From a virus, in the IMG/VR virus record IMGVR_UViG_3300046832_000578: DNA of 64,000 bases; one strand, given 5' to 3'. Shown piece by piece: positions 9,127 to 19,250 of the stretch. A program made the translations under genes and the position numbers. The first letter of the stretch is position 1. Each line of letters starts with the position of its first letter. The notes under the pieces are model-generated. The model ran no database searches. It had not been told where the DNA came from and saw only the letters and a list, made by a program, of their open reading frames with translations.

Positions 9127-11612
9127 TGGAATTTTACACAAGCGTCCATCCACTGGGCGATAAGATACTCGTTAGAGGGTACGATAAAGGAAGAGCATAT
9201 CAGCGTAAGGTAGATTTCTACCCTACGCTTTTTGTCACTTCTAAGAAGCAATCTAAGTGGAAGACTTTGGATGATACATATGTTGATGAAGTAAAACCTG
9301 GAACGATTAAAGATACAAGAGAGTTTGTCAAACGCTACGAAGATGTAGAAGGTTTTGCTGTGTATGGTAATACCAATTACGCATATCAATATATCAGCGA
9401 CACTTATCAAGACGATGTCAATTGGGACATGGAACAAATCAAAGTATTCACCATTGACATTGAGACTGCCACTGAGAATGGATTCCCAGATATCCGTAGT
9501 GCCAATGAAGAGATTCTTCTAATCACAATTAAGAATCTACAAACGAAAAACATTATCACCTTTGGCACTAAGCCATATGAAAACAAACGAGAAGATTGTC
9601 AGTATGTTTATTGTCGTGATGAACAACAACTACTAAAAGAGTTTATCATTTGGTGGCAACAGAACTATCCAGATTGTATCACTGGTTGGAATACAGACTT
9701 CTTTGATGTGCCATATCTTATCAAACGATTGGACAGAGAACTTGGTGATTCATTCTCCAAGAAAGTTAGTCCATGGGGTTACATCAATGAACGCAAGACA
9801 TTCATTAAAGGCAACGAAGAACTTCACTATGACATTCTAGGTATTTCTCAACTAGACTATCTCGAACTTTATAAAAAATATACATATACAAAGCAGGAGT
9901 CTTATCGTCTGGATTATATCGCACAAGAAGAACTTGGTGATAAGAAGAAAGAGAATCCAGGAACAGACTTTAAAGATTTCTATACAAACTATTGGGATAA
10001 GTTTGTTGAATATAACATTCACGATGTGGAGTTAGTTGATCAACTCGAAGACAAGATGCGTTTGATTGAACTGCATCTGACTATGGCATACAATGCTAAG
10101 ATTAATCCTGAAGATGTTTACTCACAAGTTCGTATGTGGGATACTATCATCTACAATCACCTGCGTAAGAAAGGTATTGTTATTCCAGCAAAGACTTCTT
10201 CAGGTAAAGATGCACAGTTCGAAGGTGCTTTCGTTAAAGATCCAATTATCGGTATGCATAAATGGGTAGCATCCTTTGACTTAAACAGTTTGTATCCGCA
10301 CTTGATTATGCAATACAACATTAGTCCTGAGACCCTGACCAGTGAGAAACTCTCTGTCACAGTTGATAAATTGCTTAATCAAGAAGTGGATACATCTTAT
10401 ATTAAACGAAGAGATCTAACTCTGACTGCAAATGGATGGACATATCGTAAAGACATCAAAGGTTTTATGCCTGAGTTGATGGAGCATATGTATGTTAATC
10501 GCTCCAAGTTTAAAAAACAGATGTTGAAAGTTGAACAAGAATACCAAAACGATAAGACAAAGGTTCATCTATTAAAAGATATTTCTCGTCTAAACAATCT
10601 GCAGATGGCGATGAAGATTGCTCTTAACTCTGCTTATGGTGCGATGGGTAATCAATACTTCCGTTACTTTGATATTCGTATGGCTGAAGGTATTACCACT
10701 TCTGGTCAGTTATCCATTCGTTGGATGGCAAACAAACTCAATGCATTCCTCAACAAAACTCTCAAGACAGAGGGTAAAGATTTCGTCATTGCCATTGATA
10801 CAGATTCGATCTATCTAACATTGGAAGATTTGATTGAGAAGGTTTGTGAAGGTAAAACTACTGAACAGAAAATCAAAACAATGGACAAGATCTGTGAAGA
10901 AGTTTTTCAACCATTTATTGATCAAGGATATGATGAACTTGCTGACTATATGAATGCGTATGGTCAGAAGATGCAAATGAAACGAGAAGTACTGGCTGAC
11001 AAAGCAATCTGGACTGCCAAGAAACGATATGTTATTAATGTTCATAATTCGGAAGGAGTGCAATTTGCGAAACCTAAAATCAAAGTTATGGGTTTGGAGA
11101 TGGTCAAGTCGTCTACACCTGCGGTTATTCGTGACAAACTTAGGGATTCGTTACAAGTTATTCTTGCTGGCGATCAAAAAGACCTACATACATATGTAAC
11201 AGCATTTAAGAAAGAGTTCGATAAACTTCCAGTGCATGAAGTAGCATTTCCTCGTGGTGTGAATGGTATGAAACAGTATGCTGGTTCTCCGATTTATACA
11301 AAGGGAACACCAATTCATGTTCGTGGTGCGTTGCTCTACAATCATCACTGTAAGCGTATGGGACTAGATAAAAAGTATCAACCAATTCGTGATGGTGATA
11401 AGATTAAGTTTGTTTATGTTCGTACACCAAACCCTCTGCAAGAAGATGTGATTGCTTTTAGTCAGCATCTTCCAAAAGAGTTTGGACTGGAAGCATACAT
11501 AGATTATGATAAACAATTTGAAAAAGTATTTCTTGATGCTCTACAGATTGTTATTCAACCACTAGGTTGGAAGACTCAAGAAGAAAGTTCATTGGAGGAT
11601 TTCTTTGGCTAA
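9126..11612 (+). CDS. gp43: family B DNA polymerase (gp43)
   Basis: DIET exonuclease, SFDLNSLYP, KIALNSAYG, IDTDS; C-terminal clamp-binding SLEDFFG. Confidence 0.97.
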   Translation: MEFYTSVHPLGDKILVRGYDKGRAYQRKVDFYPTLFVTSKKQSKWKTLDDTYVDEVKPGTIKDTREFVKRYEDVEGFAVYGNTNYAYQYISDTYQDDVNWDMEQIKVFTIDIETATENGFPDIRSANEEILLITIKNLQTKNIITFGTKPYENKREDCQYVYCRDEQQLLKEFIIWWQQNYPDCITGWNTDFFDVPYLIKRLDRELGDSFSKKVSPWGYINERKTFIKGNEELHYDILGISQLDYLELYKKYTYTKQESYRLDYIAQEELGDKKKENPGTDFKDFYTNYWDKFVEYNIHDVELVDQLEDKMRLIELHLTMAYNAKINPEDVYSQVRMWDTIIYNHLRKKGIVIPAKTSSGKDAQFEGAFVKDPIIGMHKWVASFDLNSLYPHLIMQYNISPETLTSEKLSVTVDKLLNQEVDTSYIKRRDLTLTANGWTYRKDIKGFMPELMEHMYVNRSKFKKQMLKVEQEYQNDKTKVHLLKDISRLNNLQMAMKIALNSAYGAMGNQYFRYFDIRMAEGITTSGQLSIRWMANKLNAFLNKTLKTEGKDFVIAIDTDSIYLTLEDLIEKVCEGKTTEQKIKTMDKICEEVFQPFIDQGYDELADYMNAYGQKMQMKREVLADKAIWTAKKRYVINVHNSEGVQFAKPKIKVMGLEMVKSSTPAVIRDKLRDSLQVILAGDQKDLHTYVTAFKKEFDKLPVHEVAFPRGVNGMKQYAGSPIYTKGTPIHVRGALLYNHHCKRMGLDKKYQPIRDGDKIKFVYVRTPNPLQEDVIAFSQHLPKEFGLEAYIDYDKQFEKVFLDALQIVIQPLGWKTQEESSLEDFFG

Positions 11613-12156
11613 TATCAGAGTAATTAAAAAAGGAATAAATGTATCCAAGATACTGAAACAATTACATCAGTATCCAGAGGATTGGGGTGCTCAGAAAAAC
11701 ATTGATGGTGTAGGAGATCTTGTAGACGATTGCGGATTCCCTGCAGTTGAAGCAGGTGTTCTACAGTTAGTCATGGGAGTTGTCTCATCTAAAGATCAGT
11801 ATGTGGGTGATAGTGAGATGTCTGCATCAACACCTGCATATAGTCATCATACAGAAATTATTTCATTCTTAAAGAGACACTTCAAGAAATTTGATAGGTG
11901 TGGATTCTTATCATTACCCATTGCTGGTGTCGTTGGTCAACATATTGATATTGGATCTTACTATCAAACACGAGATAGATATCATCTTGCAATTCAAGGT
12001 GCATATGATTATACAGTTGGAGGAGAGACTGTAAGAGTAGAAGAAGGTGACTTGATTTGGTTTGATAATAAACAATCACATGGAACAAAGAATGTTGGAG
12101 ATGCTGTAAGAATTACATTTGTGTTTGATGTTCCGCATGCCAAGAACAATCCATAA
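11605..12156 (+). CDS. 2OG-Fe(II) cupin oxygenase (aspartyl/asparaginyl beta-hydroxylase-like)
   Basis: HID...RYHL...WFDNKQSH...RITFVFD. Confidence 0.75.
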   Translation: MANIRVIKKGINVSKILKQLHQYPEDWGAQKNIDGVGDLVDDCGFPAVEAGVLQLVMGVVSSKDQYVGDSEMSASTPAYSHHTEIISFLKRHFKKFDRCGFLSLPIAGVVGQHIDIGSYYQTRDRYHLAIQGAYDYTVGGETVRVEEGDLIWFDNKQSHGTKNVGDAVRITFVFDVPHAKNNP

Positions 12157-12185
12157 TTGTCTTGCAACAAAAGTTACTGTATAAT
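12157..12185 (+). promoter_or_regulatory. sigma70-type promoter
   Basis: TTGTCT-17-TATAAT. Confidence 0.75.
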
Positions 12186-12196
12186 AGGAGATATAA

Positions 12197-12448
12197 ATGA
12201 AAGTTTTAAAATTTTATGCCGACTGGTGTGGTCCATGCAAAGCATTGACAAGAATTATTGAAATCGCTGGAGAGAAAGTTACAATCCCAGTTGAAAATGT
12301 AAACATTGATGAGAACATTTTTCTTGCACAAGAGTTTAAAGTTCGTTCAGTTCCGACTATGATATTGGTTGATGATACTGAAAATGAAATTAAACGACAT
12401 GTCGGTTTAGTGAATGAAGAGAAATTATTAGAATTCCTGAAAGGTTAA
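12197..12448 (+). CDS. trx: thioredoxin
   Basis: FYADWCGPCK, VRSVPT. Confidence 0.92.
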   Translation: MKVLKFYADWCGPCKALTRIIEIAGEKVTIPVENVNIDENIFLAQEFKVRSVPTMILVDDTENEIKRHVGLVNEEKLLEFLKG

Positions 12449-12449
12449 T

Positions 12450-13523
12450 ATGAGCATACTAGACAAAATTAAAAAGAATACAACAATCAAAGATTCAGCA
12501 ATTCTTGCTCAATCAAAATTCTTCGCTAAGAAGGACATGATTCCAACCTCAGTACCAATTATCAATGTGGCTTTATCTGGTCGTCTTGATGGTGGATTAG
12601 TTCCAGGATTGACGATGTGGGCTGGTCCAAGCAAGCACTTTAAAACTGCTTTCTCTTTGCTTATGGCAAAATCTTATTTGGACAAGTATGAAGATGCAGC
12701 GTTATTGTTTTATGATTCTGAATTTGGTACTCCTCAGTCTTACTTTGATACCTTTGGTATTGATACTAAGCGAGTGCTTCACACTCCTGTTACAGATGTT
12801 GAACAACTCAAGTTTGATATCATGCAGCAACTGTCAACCATCGAGCGTGGAGATCACCTCATTATCGTCATTGATTCGATAGGAAATCTCGCTTCCAAGA
12901 AAGAAGTAGAGGATGCATTGGACCAGAAAGCAGTTGCTGATATGAGTCGTGCAAAGCAGATGAAGAGTTTGTTCCGTATGGTTACACCTCATTTGTCCAT
13001 GAAAGATATTCCACTTGTTGTAGTGAATCATACATATAAAGAGATTGGTCTTTATCCTAAAGACATCGTTGGTGGTGGTACTGGTTCTTACTACTCAGCG
13101 GACAACATCTTTATTCTTGGTCGTCAGCAAGAGAAAGATGGAACTGAATTAACAGGTTACAATTTTATTATTAATGTTGAGAAGAGTCGTTATGTTAAAG
13201 AAAAATCTAAGATACCTGTTAGCGTATCTTTTGATGGTGGTCTTAGTAAGTGGAGCGGTTTGCTTGATATTGCTCTTGAGTCCAAACATGTGGTCAAACC
13301 ATCCAATGGTTGGTATTCCAAATGTGATCCAGTTACAGGAGAAGTAGAAGAAAAGAAATATCGTTTGAAAGATACTGACACTAAAGAGTTCTGGTTACCA
13401 CTTCTTACAGATAAAACATTTTATGACTATGTCAAGAACAAATATTCAATGGGTCAGGGTGATATGATTAGAGCAGATGAGTTGGATAAGGCACTTGAGG
13501 AATTGGAATTCGATGAAGAGTAA
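12450..13523 (+). CDS. uvsX: RecA-like recombinase UvsX
   Basis: AGPSKHFKT, YDSEFG, DSIGNLAS, GGTGSYYSAD. Confidence 0.95.
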   Translation: MSILDKIKKNTTIKDSAILAQSKFFAKKDMIPTSVPIINVALSGRLDGGLVPGLTMWAGPSKHFKTAFSLLMAKSYLDKYEDAALLFYDSEFGTPQSYFDTFGIDTKRVLHTPVTDVEQLKFDIMQQLSTIERGDHLIIVIDSIGNLASKKEVEDALDQKAVADMSRAKQMKSLFRMVTPHLSMKDIPLVVVNHTYKEIGLYPKDIVGGGTGSYYSADNIFILGRQQEKDGTELTGYNFIINVEKSRYVKEKSKIPVSVSFDGGLSKWSGLLDIALESKHVVKPSNGWYSKCDPVTGEVEEKKYRLKDTDTKEFWLPLLTDKTFYDYVKNKYSMGQGDMIRADELDKALEELEFDEE

Positions 13524-13845
13524 TTTACCCATAATTGTTACAGAAAACAAACACAATGGACTTCAAGCAATTAAATTGACAGAAGGTGCATTTGAGGGTA
13601 TAATTTATACCTATGGGAAAGTTAGTATTGATGCAGATGAAGAGAATGATAAGATTCATCTAAAATTTGAATATGAAATTCTTGATTATGCGGATAAAGG
13701 GTTGACAGACATGAAACCTTTTGAAGCATACATAGGTAAGATACTTGAAGGATTAATCCACGAGGGTGTCGAAGAAAATAATTTAACATACACAGGCGGA
13801 GTTGATGAGAATAGAACAGAAGATTCTAAGCAATCTGATACATGA
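13513..13845 (+). CDS. conserved protein between uvsX and helicase (T4 gp40 position)
   Basis: synteny uvsX-X-gp41; IIYTYGKV motif. Confidence 0.6.
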   Translation: MKSNLPIIVTENKHNGLQAIKLTEGAFEGIIYTYGKVSIDADEENDKIHLKFEYEILDYADKGLTDMKPFEAYIGKILEGLIHEGVEENNLTYTGGVDENRTEDSKQSDT

Positions 13846-15193
13846 TGAGCATTATTGTCGTAAGGTAATTCCGTTTCTAAAGAAAGAGTATTTCACAGAT
13901 CGTAAAGAAGCAATCCTTACAAGTGAGATTGTTTCCTTCTTCACAAAATACAACAAACCTGCAACAAAAGAAATTCTATCTATTGAAGTTGGAAATAGAA
14001 AAGATCTTAATGACAAAGAGTTAGTTGAACTTGCCGATTATATCGGTAGTTTAAATCATGAGCCAGTTAATGAAGACTGGATGCTAGAAAACACTGAGAA
14101 GTTTTGTAAAGATAGAGCGGTTTATAATGCGATCCTTAATTCAATTAGTATCATCGATGGGCGAGACAAAATTCATACTAAAGATGCGATACCTAGCATC
14201 CTTAGCGATGCACTCGCTGTTTCTTTTGATAATCACATCGGTCATGACTATCTGGATGACCACCTTTCGAGGTTTGATTTTTATCACAGGGTTGAAGAGA
14301 AAATTCCTTTCGACCTTGACATGTTCAACAAAATCACCAAAGGTGGACTCTCAAAGAAAACCTTAAACATCGCACTTGCTGGCACTGGTGTTGGTAAGTC
14401 ATTGTTCATGTGTCACATGAGTGCTGGTTGTTTGACACAAGGTAAAAATGTTTTATACATAACTATGGAAATGGCAGAAGAAAGAATCGCTGAGAGGATT
14501 GATGCGAATCTCTTGAACCTTACCATGGATGAATTGAAAGTTATTGATAAGGATATCTTTGAATCTCGTATCGCAAAGATTACAAGTAAGACTAAAGGTA
14601 AACTAATTGTCAAAGAATATCCAACTGCAAGTGCTCACTCTGGGCACTTTCGTGCATTGCTGGAAGAATTAAAACTGAAACGAGACTTTAGACCTGATAT
14701 AATCTTCATTGATTATCTTAACATCTGTGCGAGTCAGCGAATGAAGCAAGGTGGAAGTATTAACTCTTATACATATATTAAGGCAATCGCAGAAGAGTTG
14801 AGAGGTTTGGCAGTAGAGTATAATGTGCCAATCGTTTCAGCAACTCAAACAACTCGTTCTGGGTATACAAATTCAGATCCAGGACTAGAAGATACGAGTG
14901 AATCATTTGGTTTGCCAGCGACCGCTGACTTCATGTTTGCTTTGGTCAGCAATGAAGAATTAGAAGCGTTAAATCAAATCCTTGTAAAACAATTAAAGAA
15001 TCGTTACAACGATCCTAGTTTTTACAAACGATTTGTGATTGGAATTGATAGAGCAAAGATGAAATTGTATGACACAGAAGCATCTGCTCAAGTTAATATA
15101 AGTGACTCTGGTCAAGATGATGAGCCAGTGTTTGATAAGAGTAGTTTTGGTCGCAGACAAAAAGCAGAATCATTCGAGGGATTTAAGTTTTAG
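13805..15193 (+). CDS. gp41: replicative DNA helicase (gp41, DnaB-like)
   Basis: LAGTGVGKSL, IFIDYLN, SATQTTRSG, SESFGLPATAD. Confidence 0.96.
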   Translation: MRIEQKILSNLIHDEHYCRKVIPFLKKEYFTDRKEAILTSEIVSFFTKYNKPATKEILSIEVGNRKDLNDKELVELADYIGSLNHEPVNEDWMLENTEKFCKDRAVYNAILNSISIIDGRDKIHTKDAIPSILSDALAVSFDNHIGHDYLDDHLSRFDFYHRVEEKIPFDLDMFNKITKGGLSKKTLNIALAGTGVGKSLFMCHMSAGCLTQGKNVLYITMEMAEERIAERIDANLLNLTMDELKVIDKDIFESRIAKITSKTKGKLIVKEYPTASAHSGHFRALLEELKLKRDFRPDIIFIDYLNICASQRMKQGGSINSYTYIKAIAEELRGLAVEYNVPIVSATQTTRSGYTNSDPGLEDTSESFGLPATADFMFALVSNEELEALNQILVKQLKNRYNDPSFYKRFVIGIDRAKMKLYDTEASAQVNISDSGQDDEPVFDKSSFGRRQKAESFEGFKF

Positions 15194-15202
15194 GAGAAAG
15201 AT

Positions 15203-16516
15203 ATGGTAAAAGTTATTGTAGCAAAACAGAAACATGATATGACTCATATGTTGGGACAGTTCCCTGATGAGTCGCATTATGATCATCTTATCGAGGAAGA
15301 TACAGATGTATACATGCCAGAGATTCCAGGACATCCAGAGATGACATTCTCTGAAGAGAGGATTGTTCTGAAGTTTCGTAAGAATTATTTTACAAAAGAA
15401 CAACAAGACCAAGCATACATTGGACTTCGTGAAGCTGCAACTGAGACGCAGAATCGTGGACTTGCAGCTGGACCAAGAGCAGAGAAGTTAGGTAATCGTG
15501 AATGGGTCACTGAGTATGAATATGACATCGTTGATTACTTCAGTAATCCCAAAGCCAATCTATTTGGTGAAGATCCAATTGAAGCAATTCGTCAGGCACA
15601 TAAGAACAAGAAGCCATCTCCGTCTAATCGTAATAATGTTTGGGGTATTTCTACTGTAAAGAAAGACAACTTCGTCTTTGAAGACTGGGTTGAAGCAACA
15701 AGAAAACTTTCTGAGAATGAAATGCGTGCAGAAGCAAAACGAGTTGCTGAGAAATATATCTGTGCAACAACCTATGCCAATGGTGTGTTCTCTGGTATTG
15801 CTGGATGGTTCGATCGTTATCCTCGCATTCCTTATGGTCGTGCAACATCTTATACTGCGAATCATCCAGACAAATTTGCTATGGCGTATCCATTCCTACA
15901 GCAACTTGCACAGGGTTTTAAAGATCTGTTGCCATGGAGATATGGTAATCAGATGGAAGCAGCAAATAAAATGGATCCTCGTTTCTTAGTTCCAGAAACT
16001 CCATTCACTACTGTCACTGTGAATAGATCTTTTAGAACTGCGTGTCACTTTGATGCAGGTGACCTAACTTCTGGTCTATCAAATCTACTGACATTATCAA
16101 ACAATGGTAATTATCGTGGTTGCCATCTTGTTGCACCAGAGTATCGTGTCGCAGTAAATCCCAGACCTGGAGATCTACTTTTGATTAACAATCATGAAGT
16201 AATGCATGGTAATACTCAGATTGAATTGCTTGATGATGTGGCAGAGAGAATTTCATTGGTTGTGTACTTCCGTGAGAAGATGCTTGAGTTAGGATCTAAA
16301 GAGTATGAAGATTGTCGTTTTGACTTTGTTGAATCTCGCAGACTTAATAAAGAACATCCAGAACAACGACCATTGTGGAATGGTGTATCACCATCAATGT
16401 GGGATTCTAAAGAATGGTTTGATTATCTAGAATCAAAACTAGGTACAGAAGTATTGAACAAGTATCATCCACCAAAGACTACAACTGTTAATGCACTCGA
16501 GGAGTTCTTCGGATAA
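15203..16516 (+). CDS. TET/JBP-family 2OG-Fe(II) dioxygenase
   Basis: FTTVTVN..FRTACHFDAGD (HxD), HEVMHGNT, RISLVVYFRE. Confidence 0.82.
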   Translation: MVKVIVAKQKHDMTHMLGQFPDESHYDHLIEEDTDVYMPEIPGHPEMTFSEERIVLKFRKNYFTKEQQDQAYIGLREAATETQNRGLAAGPRAEKLGNREWVTEYEYDIVDYFSNPKANLFGEDPIEAIRQAHKNKKPSPSNRNNVWGISTVKKDNFVFEDWVEATRKLSENEMRAEAKRVAEKYICATTYANGVFSGIAGWFDRYPRIPYGRATSYTANHPDKFAMAYPFLQQLAQGFKDLLPWRYGNQMEAANKMDPRFLVPETPFTTVTVNRSFRTACHFDAGDLTSGLSNLLTLSNNGNYRGCHLVAPEYRVAVNPRPGDLLLINNHEVMHGNTQIELLDDVAERISLVVYFREKMLELGSKEYEDCRFDFVESRRLNKEHPEQRPLWNGVSPSMWDSKEWFDYLESKLGTEVLNKYHPPKTTTVNALEEFFG

Positions 16517-17211
16517 TGTGTGCCGTAATTGGAACAATCATTCAGAATCCTTCAACAAAGGATTTTGAAAATCTACTTCGTGTATTCCATGAGTCTAAGA
16601 TTCGTGGAATGCATGCTACAGGAATCTCATATGTTAAGCATGGTAAAATCCATACTGAGAAACACCCAGTGCCAGCTAATAATTTTCCTTTTGATTTGCC
16701 AGCGTATGTCAATGAAGATGGAAATCTATACCTTATTGGGCACTGCCGTTATAGCACTAGCGATCTTGAGTATAATCAGCCAATTGCTAATGATAATCTC
16801 TCAGTAGTTCACAATGGTGTTATTACTCAAGAACTACCAGAGAAATGGAAAGAGTTGTATGGTTATGATTGTGAAACTAAAAACGATACAGAATTAATCC
16901 TACACACAGCAGAAAATTGCATCTCTCCGTTAGTTCGTTGGAAAGATTCTAGTCTTGCAGTTTGCGAGTTGCATGTTGATAGAGTTATTCGTGCATATCG
17001 CAATGGCAAGCGTCCATTATATTTGACAACTTTCAACAATGGATGTATAATTACCTCTACTGAAAATATTCCTGCACGAGCAGGTATTGAAGGATTTACA
17101 ACTGAGTTACCTTTGAACACTTATATAACTTTTGATGATGCATTGGCTATGATGGTTGAAAAAGAAACGATAGCTGACGCAGTGGATTTCCAACACTATG
17201 AACTTTGTTAA
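16516..17211 (+). CDS. class II (Ntn) glutamine amidotransferase
   Basis: N-terminal Cys (MCAVIG), RG.HATG, GHCRYST, HNG, NDTE. Confidence 0.85.
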   Translation: MCAVIGTIIQNPSTKDFENLLRVFHESKIRGMHATGISYVKHGKIHTEKHPVPANNFPFDLPAYVNEDGNLYLIGHCRYSTSDLEYNQPIANDNLSVVHNGVITQELPEKWKELYGYDCETKNDTELILHTAENCISPLVRWKDSSLAVCELHVDRVIRAYRNGKRPLYLTTFNNGCIITSTENIPARAGIEGFTTELPLNTYITFDDALAMMVEKETIADAVDFQHYELC

Positions 17212-17839
17212 TTCTACAAGAGTAGAAGAACTAATTAAAAACAGTCCAGCTGGTAAGAACACCAAGTTCTTATCGGCTGCACACTCATTGTGGTATCGCT
17301 TTCATAATTATGACAAAGCACCACCGATGACATATGAAGTAAATGGTGAAGTTGTATCTCTTATCTTTGCCACATTCAATCGTGACAACTACTCAAATCT
17401 ATACGAAATCGTTACAATTGAAGGACATGAAGGTAAAGGATATGCATCCAAGTGTTGGGATGCATGGATTGATTATGCAGTCAAAGAAAGAAAGATGACT
17501 CGATTGAAAATGTCCTGCACACCATCATCTGTTACATGGCACTATAAGAATGGTTTGATTTGGTGGGCAGTAGATCCAACAGGTTCACTTCGCTCTGATC
17601 AACCATTATTCCCAACAAGAGTAGAACAGATTGCTTATCGAGATTATGCTATTGTGAATCCACTTCAAGCACTACCACCATACAAAGCAAGAGAACAATT
17701 TCGATTAGAGGGATTAGAATCCTACAAGTGGGGTGAGAAAAAGAAAGCAAAAAGCCAAGCAGCAATTGATGCAGTGGGTAAGGCATGGTTAAGAGAAGCA
17801 CTAATGGAACAACCCTCTTTAGAAGAATTTTTAGTATAA
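17198..17839 (+). CDS. GNAT-fold acyltransferase
   Basis: EGHEGKGYAS acetyl-CoA motif A; WHYKNG motif B. Confidence 0.65.
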   Translation: MNFVNSTRVEELIKNSPAGKNTKFLSAAHSLWYRFHNYDKAPPMTYEVNGEVVSLIFATFNRDNYSNLYEIVTIEGHEGKGYASKCWDAWIDYAVKERKMTRLKMSCTPSSVTWHYKNGLIWWAVDPTGSLRSDQPLFPTRVEQIAYRDYAIVNPLQALPPYKAREQFRLEGLESYKWGEKKKAKSQAAIDAVGKAWLREALMEQPSLEEFLV

Positions 17840-18858
17840 TGGATTATCGTTTGCAAGAAAATCGTAAGGAAGCATTCATTCGCTGGTATGCTTGGTCGTT
17901 GAAGTATGATGACTGCGATCCTGCTGTATGGGCAACAAACTATCTGAACAATCGTTATGAACATAATGATGAGCAGAAGTTGTGGTTGTGTTGGTTGTAT
18001 GGTAATACATACTATCTTCCAACTGCATGGATTCTTATGAACGAGTTTCCAGACTTTGAGTTAGCCACTGTAGATCGTATGACACAATGGAACACTACAA
18101 ACTATAAACGATTAAGATACCAAACAGATACAAAGTGGAACAAAGGACACCTCCCTACCATGTTCGCTTCTTACCAACAATTTGTGGGAGACAAAACACA
18201 GAGAGAAAGGTTAGAAGAATATTATGGACGCAATGAAGAAGAGAACTTTAATAACCTGTGGACAGGCATTAAGTCTGGGTTGCATAAGTTTGGTCGTTAT
18301 TCCACTTGGTTTTATCTTCAGCATCTTAAGCATACTGCTGGTGTCCATATCAATCCTACTTCTCTCATGTTGGATGATTATGATGGCTCTCGCTCTCATC
18401 GTAATGGATTGCTTTATGCCGTTGGACAGGAAGACTTTGTGGATAGAAAACTCACTGGAGGACATTATAGCAACCTTGAAGCACAAGCGTACGAGATTCT
18501 TTGCGAGACGAAAGCGAGATTTCCAGAACTAATTGATCAGATAGATTACTTTACCATGGAAACTTGTTTGTGTTCTTTTAAGAAGATCTTTAGAGCACAT
18601 CATGGTCGTTATCTTGGATACTATCTTGATAGACAGGCAGAAGAAATTATGCAGTGTGAGAAGGATGGATGGTATGGTATTGATTGGGATGTTTTGTGGC
18701 AATCACGAGAAGAAACTATCGACTTGAGATTAGACCACAGAAGAGGAATTGATAAAGAAAGATTTTCTAGTTTTATTAATACAGGAAGACTAGAGAATTT
18801 AGAGTGGATGTTTGATGATGAGCAACCTATATTAAATGGATTGGAGATTTTTGCATGA
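17839..18858 (+). CDS. amino acid:DNA transferase (alpha-glutamyl/putrescinyl-thymine pyrophosphorylase clade-2-like)
   Basis: DCDP, WLYGNTY, HKFGRYSTWFYLQ, METCLCSFKK, RYLGYYLDR helix-hairpin-helix glycosylase-like motifs. Confidence 0.75.
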   Translation: MDYRLQENRKEAFIRWYAWSLKYDDCDPAVWATNYLNNRYEHNDEQKLWLCWLYGNTYYLPTAWILMNEFPDFELATVDRMTQWNTTNYKRLRYQTDTKWNKGHLPTMFASYQQFVGDKTQRERLEEYYGRNEEENFNNLWTGIKSGLHKFGRYSTWFYLQHLKHTAGVHINPTSLMLDDYDGSRSHRNGLLYAVGQEDFVDRKLTGGHYSNLEAQAYEILCETKARFPELIDQIDYFTMETCLCSFKKIFRAHHGRYLGYYLDRQAEEIMQCEKDGWYGIDWDVLWQSREETIDLRLDHRRGIDKERFSSFINTGRLENLEWMFDDEQPILNGLEIFA

Positions 18859-19250
18859 GTTTAACAACGACAAGTTCTGTTTCTTTACCAGTAAGCATTA
18901 GTGATATGACCACTGGGAGTATAACTATATCAAACACCAGTGGTAGTTATGGAACCATTGCCATGGGTGTAATAACCGATGACTTACTAGACAAGTATGA
19001 GTTTAATAAACTAACTGTTGATCATAAAGTATCAGCACATGAACTCTTAAAGTTAAAAGATACTGTTCCAACTTATGCAGACGAGATTAAAGAAAACCTT
19101 GCTAAGAATGCATCAAGAGAATTGGTAAAGAAGATTACCTTTACAAAGAAACATGATGTTGACTCTGATGTGCATCACTTTATTGGAAGAGTCTGGGTAT
19201 TTACAGAGGAAGAACTAAGAAAACTTATTGAGGAAGTGAAACATGCTTAA
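18855..19250 (+). CDS. hypothetical protein
   Basis: coupled ORF inside the modification cluster. Confidence 0.6.
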   Translation: MSLTTTSSVSLPVSISDMTTGSITISNTSGSYGTIAMGVITDDLLDKYEFNKLTVDHKVSAHELLKLKDTVPTYADEIKENLAKNASRELVKKITFTKKHDVDSDVHHFIGRVWVFTEEELRKLIEEVKHA

